DNA of 64,000 bases, from the IMG/VR virus record IMGVR_UViG_3300031566_000003; one strand, given 5' to 3'. Source of the stretch: a virus. This document shows, piece after piece, positions 61,474 to 64,000 of the stretch (position 1 is the first letter of the stretch; every line of letters begins with the position of its first letter). The notes under the pieces are model-generated. The model had not been told where the DNA came from, did no database searches, and saw only the letters and a list, made by a program, of their open reading frames with translations. A program made the position numbers and the translations under genes.

Positions 61474-62813
61474 TTTCCTATTACCCTCAGGATAACATCA
61501 ACACAGCGTTCTGAATTGAAGAGTCGATAGATAAATCTCTTTTGCCATTGATGGAATTGCAATAGCTTTGAATGTGTGAGTTTATCATTAAAGAACTGAA
61601 TTTTTTCATCTAGCTCTTTCGCATCATTGACAATAAAATATTTACTCATATACCGCCTGATTCCATGCATCTCTCCTGGGACTAACAAAATGCAACCACT
61701 GAGAATCACTTCAAACCAGCGATGAACAATCCATCCCATTTCATAATATCTGGGCCTTGCAATAGATAAACAAGTTCTTGCTTGATTATATGTCTTCCAT
61801 ACATCCCCTTGCGGAATAGGGCCATGCATCTCTGTATTACCTATATACTTTTCAAAATTTTCGTAGCCTTCTGCCCTTCTAGACATCCCTCCTCCAAAAA
61901 GATCTAATCTATTCTTCTTCTCCAATGGAGTAAAGAACTTTCTAAAAGTTTGTCTTCTTTCTGAATCGTTACCGATGTATGCAAGACGATATATAGTCTT
62001 TGGGCATATATTATACTGACCAAATTGAAAGCTATAAGGTGGGAAAAATGGCAAAATTCTTATTCTAGGATTAAGACTCTTGATTCTATCTAGAGCTTCA
62101 CCAGGAATTTGTAATAGCCAATAAGCATTATCAGCAATAGTTTTGAATTGATCAACTGAAAAGATTTTATCTGCTCCAGAATATCTGAAATATTTCTTGG
62201 GAAGATTATCTTTTTCACTTGTTCTAAGAGTCCTCAATTCATAATCCCACAAGAAAACAGGGGTATGAGTTTTTGCATAATGCAAATTGATCAAATAAAA
62301 CATCATGTTTGAAAAGAAAAAGGAAGGAAAAGCATTCGTTACTACCACGTCTGCTTTAGGAAATTCCATTCCATAGCGAGTCTCATAGTTTTCCAAACAG
62401 TCTTCTATCCAATCAGCAATAGGCTTATATGGAGTAGGAAGTTTTTTCCATTCTCCACTATAGTCTTTCATATCAGGATGAAAACCTTCAAACTTCTTAC
62501 TAGATTTCCCAATAAAAGAAATCTTACATCCTCTAGCTAGAAACTCTTTCAGAACAGGAATTTCTAAAAGGTTTTCAGTAACATTTCTATTGGTGATAGG
62601 ATGTGAAAGACAATAGTTGAATCCATAAGCTACTCTGGTTCCCAAACAATGATTAAGAAGATCTGGTAAAACATTAGCGTGTATTTTACCTGATGAAAGT
62701 TTTGAATTAACCAATAATTCAAGATTATATCTATCCATAAACTTATAATCTTGAACTTTCTTTCTCGTAAGAAAATCTCTGGCGCTATCCTTATCTAGAA
62801 AAACTTCTCTCAT
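61470..62813 (-). CDS. putative glycosyltransferase (CgeB / GT1-like C-terminal domain)
   Basis: The C-terminal block CLSIARPRYYEMGWIVHRWFEVILSGCILLV resembles the CgeB-type R.FE..a.G motif. Motif-level only. Confidence 0.45.
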   Translation of the reverse strand: MREVFLDKDSARDFLTRKKVQDYKFMDRYNLELLVNSKLSSGKIHANVLPDLLNHCLGTRVAYGFNYCLSHPITNRNVTENLLEIPVLKEFLARGCKISFIGKSSKKFEGFHPDMKDYSGEWKKLPTPYKPIADWIEDCLENYETRYGMEFPKADVVVTNAFPSFFFSNMMFYLINLHYAKTHTPVFLWDYELRTLRTSEKDNLPKKYFRYSGADKIFSVDQFKTIADNAYWLLQIPGEALDRIKSLNPRIRILPFFPPYSFQFGQYNICPKTIYRLAYIGNDSERRQTFRKFFTPLEKKNRLDLFGGGMSRRAEGYENFEKYIGNTEMHGPIPQGDVWKTYNQARTCLSIARPRYYEMGWIVHRWFEVILSGCILLVPGEMHGIRRYMSKYFIVNDAKELDEKIQFFNDKLTHSKLLQFHQWQKRFIYRLFNSERCVDVILRVIGK

Positions 62814-62879
62814 GGGCCTCTCTCCAATAAAAAGGGGCAGACAAGCTGCCCCTTTCCGACCAAAAATGCAATTCCTAAC

Positions 62880-63857
62880 CTACTTGGTAAGTTTCTTCTT
62901 GACTAACACCTTACCAGCGGTTCCAGGTTTGGATGCAACCGTCTTCTTTGCTGCCACTGGAGGCGGAGGTGGAGCTTTTTTCTTGGTAATCACTTTGCCG
63001 CCAGCTCCAGCCGGTGCAGGTTTACTTACCACCGGTCCCTTTTTTCCTGTTTCAGGTTTCGTCTCTTCTTTTTTCTTAGCAGTACTCATTGCGTTGGCTT
63101 TAAACCATGTCGCATATTCGGCTACGATAGCCAGAGCTTCTTCTATAGTGTCCTTGGTAACAATGACCCTTACCGCTCGTCTGGGCTTCTCCCAAAAAGT
63201 ACACATTTTCTGTAAAGACTTTTTGGAAGGTGCGAAGACGGCATCTCCCTTTACGGACTGATTAAGCCAGAGGTTTGTTGTTTCGGCAGTTGATAATTGA
63301 GGAACAATACTGACGAAATTGGCACCATCTTTCGACTCCAGAAGAACAGCGGTGATTGAAGACTTATGGACAACTTTTCCAAACTTTTCAAGACCTCTAA
63401 CGAGAGGCTTGAAAGCCAAAGGAACAACGGTTTGCTTTTCCCCGATTATCAAACGGCTAACCTTTGCTCCTCCTCCTGCCCTCTTTGATTTCTGCGGAGC
63501 TATCTTTTCTCCAGGAAAACGAGCTTCTTCTCCGGGAAGTTCTTCTTCCCCTTCTTCTACACCTTCTTCCTCTGCGCCTTCCTCTTCTCCGGCTTCTTCT
63601 TCGCCTTCCTCTTCTTCACCTTCTTCCTCGGTACCTTCTTCCTCGGTACCTTCTTCTTCCGTACCTTCTTCTTCCGTAGTTTCTTCTTCTGTACCTTCCT
63701 CTTCCGCGCCCTCTTCTCCTTCTTCGACGCTTTCTTCAAAATCCTCTGAATCTTCCAACTCGTCAAGACCTTCTTCTAACTCAAGATCTTCATCAAGTTC
63801 AAAATCTTCTTCTTCATCTTTCTTCTTAACCATACCTTTCCTCCTGATTGAATTCAA
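62880..63857 (-). CDS. hypothetical protein with an acidic (EEGTE)n N-terminus and a Lys/Pro/Ala H1-like C-terminal tail
   Basis: 325 aa. The tail is KKKAPPPPPVAAKKTVASKPGTAGKVLVKKK. The Ser-rich antisense ORFs are repeat artefacts. Confidence 0.7.
   Translation of the reverse strand: MNSIRRKGMVKKKDEEEDFELDEDLELEEGLDELEDSEDFEESVEEGEEGAEEEGTEEETTEEEGTEEEGTEEEGTEEEGEEEEGEEEAGEEEGAEEEGVEEGEEELPGEEARFPGEKIAPQKSKRAGGGAKVSRLIIGEKQTVVPLAFKPLVRGLEKFGKVVHKSSITAVLLESKDGANFVSIVPQLSTAETTNLWLNQSVKGDAVFAPSKKSLQKMCTFWEKPRRAVRVIVTKDTIEEALAIVAEYATWFKANAMSTAKKKEETKPETGKKGPVVSKPAPAGAGGKVITKKKAPPPPPVAAKKTVASKPGTAGKVLVKKKLTK
63630..63704. repeat. 15-bp tandem repeat (GGTACCTTCTTCCTC-like) x5 encoding EEGTE repeats
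   Basis: Units start at 63630, 63645, 63660, 63675 and 63690. Confidence 0.85.
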
Positions 63858-64000
63858 ATTTAGAATTAAAATCCCTTAAACTTCACTATCCCTCACCTAT
63901 ACTGCACATTGCCCTCCTCTTCTTTAATTTTTTTATTCACCATTGACCATTAATTGTATATACGACCTTCTTTAAAAAGAAGTTCATCCATCCACACTTT

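Overview
This window reads as part of an AT-rich dsDNA phage genome, probably a large uncultivated one. It has about 110 short, tightly packed and often overlapping genes in four strand blocks: + 1-1.3 kb, - 1.3-22.7 kb, + 22.9-31.65 kb, - 31.65-64 kb. No searches were run, so every family call rests on motifs I recognise in the translations.

Recognisable genes:
- Replication and recombination: DnaE-type Pol III alpha, two HIRAN-domain proteins, RecA, Mre11/SbcD, Rad50/SbcC, a RuvC-like resolvase, a minimal family-X polymerase and an HU-like protein.
- Nucleotide and sugar metabolism: a divergent ThyA-like enzyme, a YfbR-like HD 5'-deoxynucleotidase, two SAM methyltransferase-like proteins, NADAR, an RfbB-like dehydratase, a heptose-7-phosphate kinase and a CgeB-like glycosyltransferase.
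- Others: a CobS/CobT-like AAA+/VWA pair, a sigma-like protein and a radical SAM enzyme.

The genetic code looks standard, since TAA, TAG and TGA all terminate well-supported genes. Many small genes occur as divergent paralog pairs. A recurring sigma70-like promoter (A-tract, TTGYWW, 17 nt, TAnnnT) and several intrinsic terminators are visible.

Most unusual features:
1. A 1.3-kb ORF-free, GC-rich, strongly C>G-skewed island of degenerate 15/31/111-nt repeats (15.44-16.74 kb). It lies directly downstream of a protein whose motifs resemble RAMP (Csm3/Cmr4-like) proteins.
2. A roughly 700-nt GC-rich, apparently structured RNA locus with a perfect tRNA-type T-arm but no cloverleaf (46.98-47.69 kb).
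3. A 2-kb non-coding zone packed with GATC sites, GATCTTTGATC iterons, a 20-bp perfect palindrome and a promoter-to-terminator sRNA candidate (3.06-5.3 kb).
4. A compositionally foreign 1.5-kb cassette flanked by GTGGTATA repeats. It carries one of two roughly 70%-identical, strongly expressed paralogs.
5. A DUF4326 gene with an in-frame TGA at a conserved Cys position.
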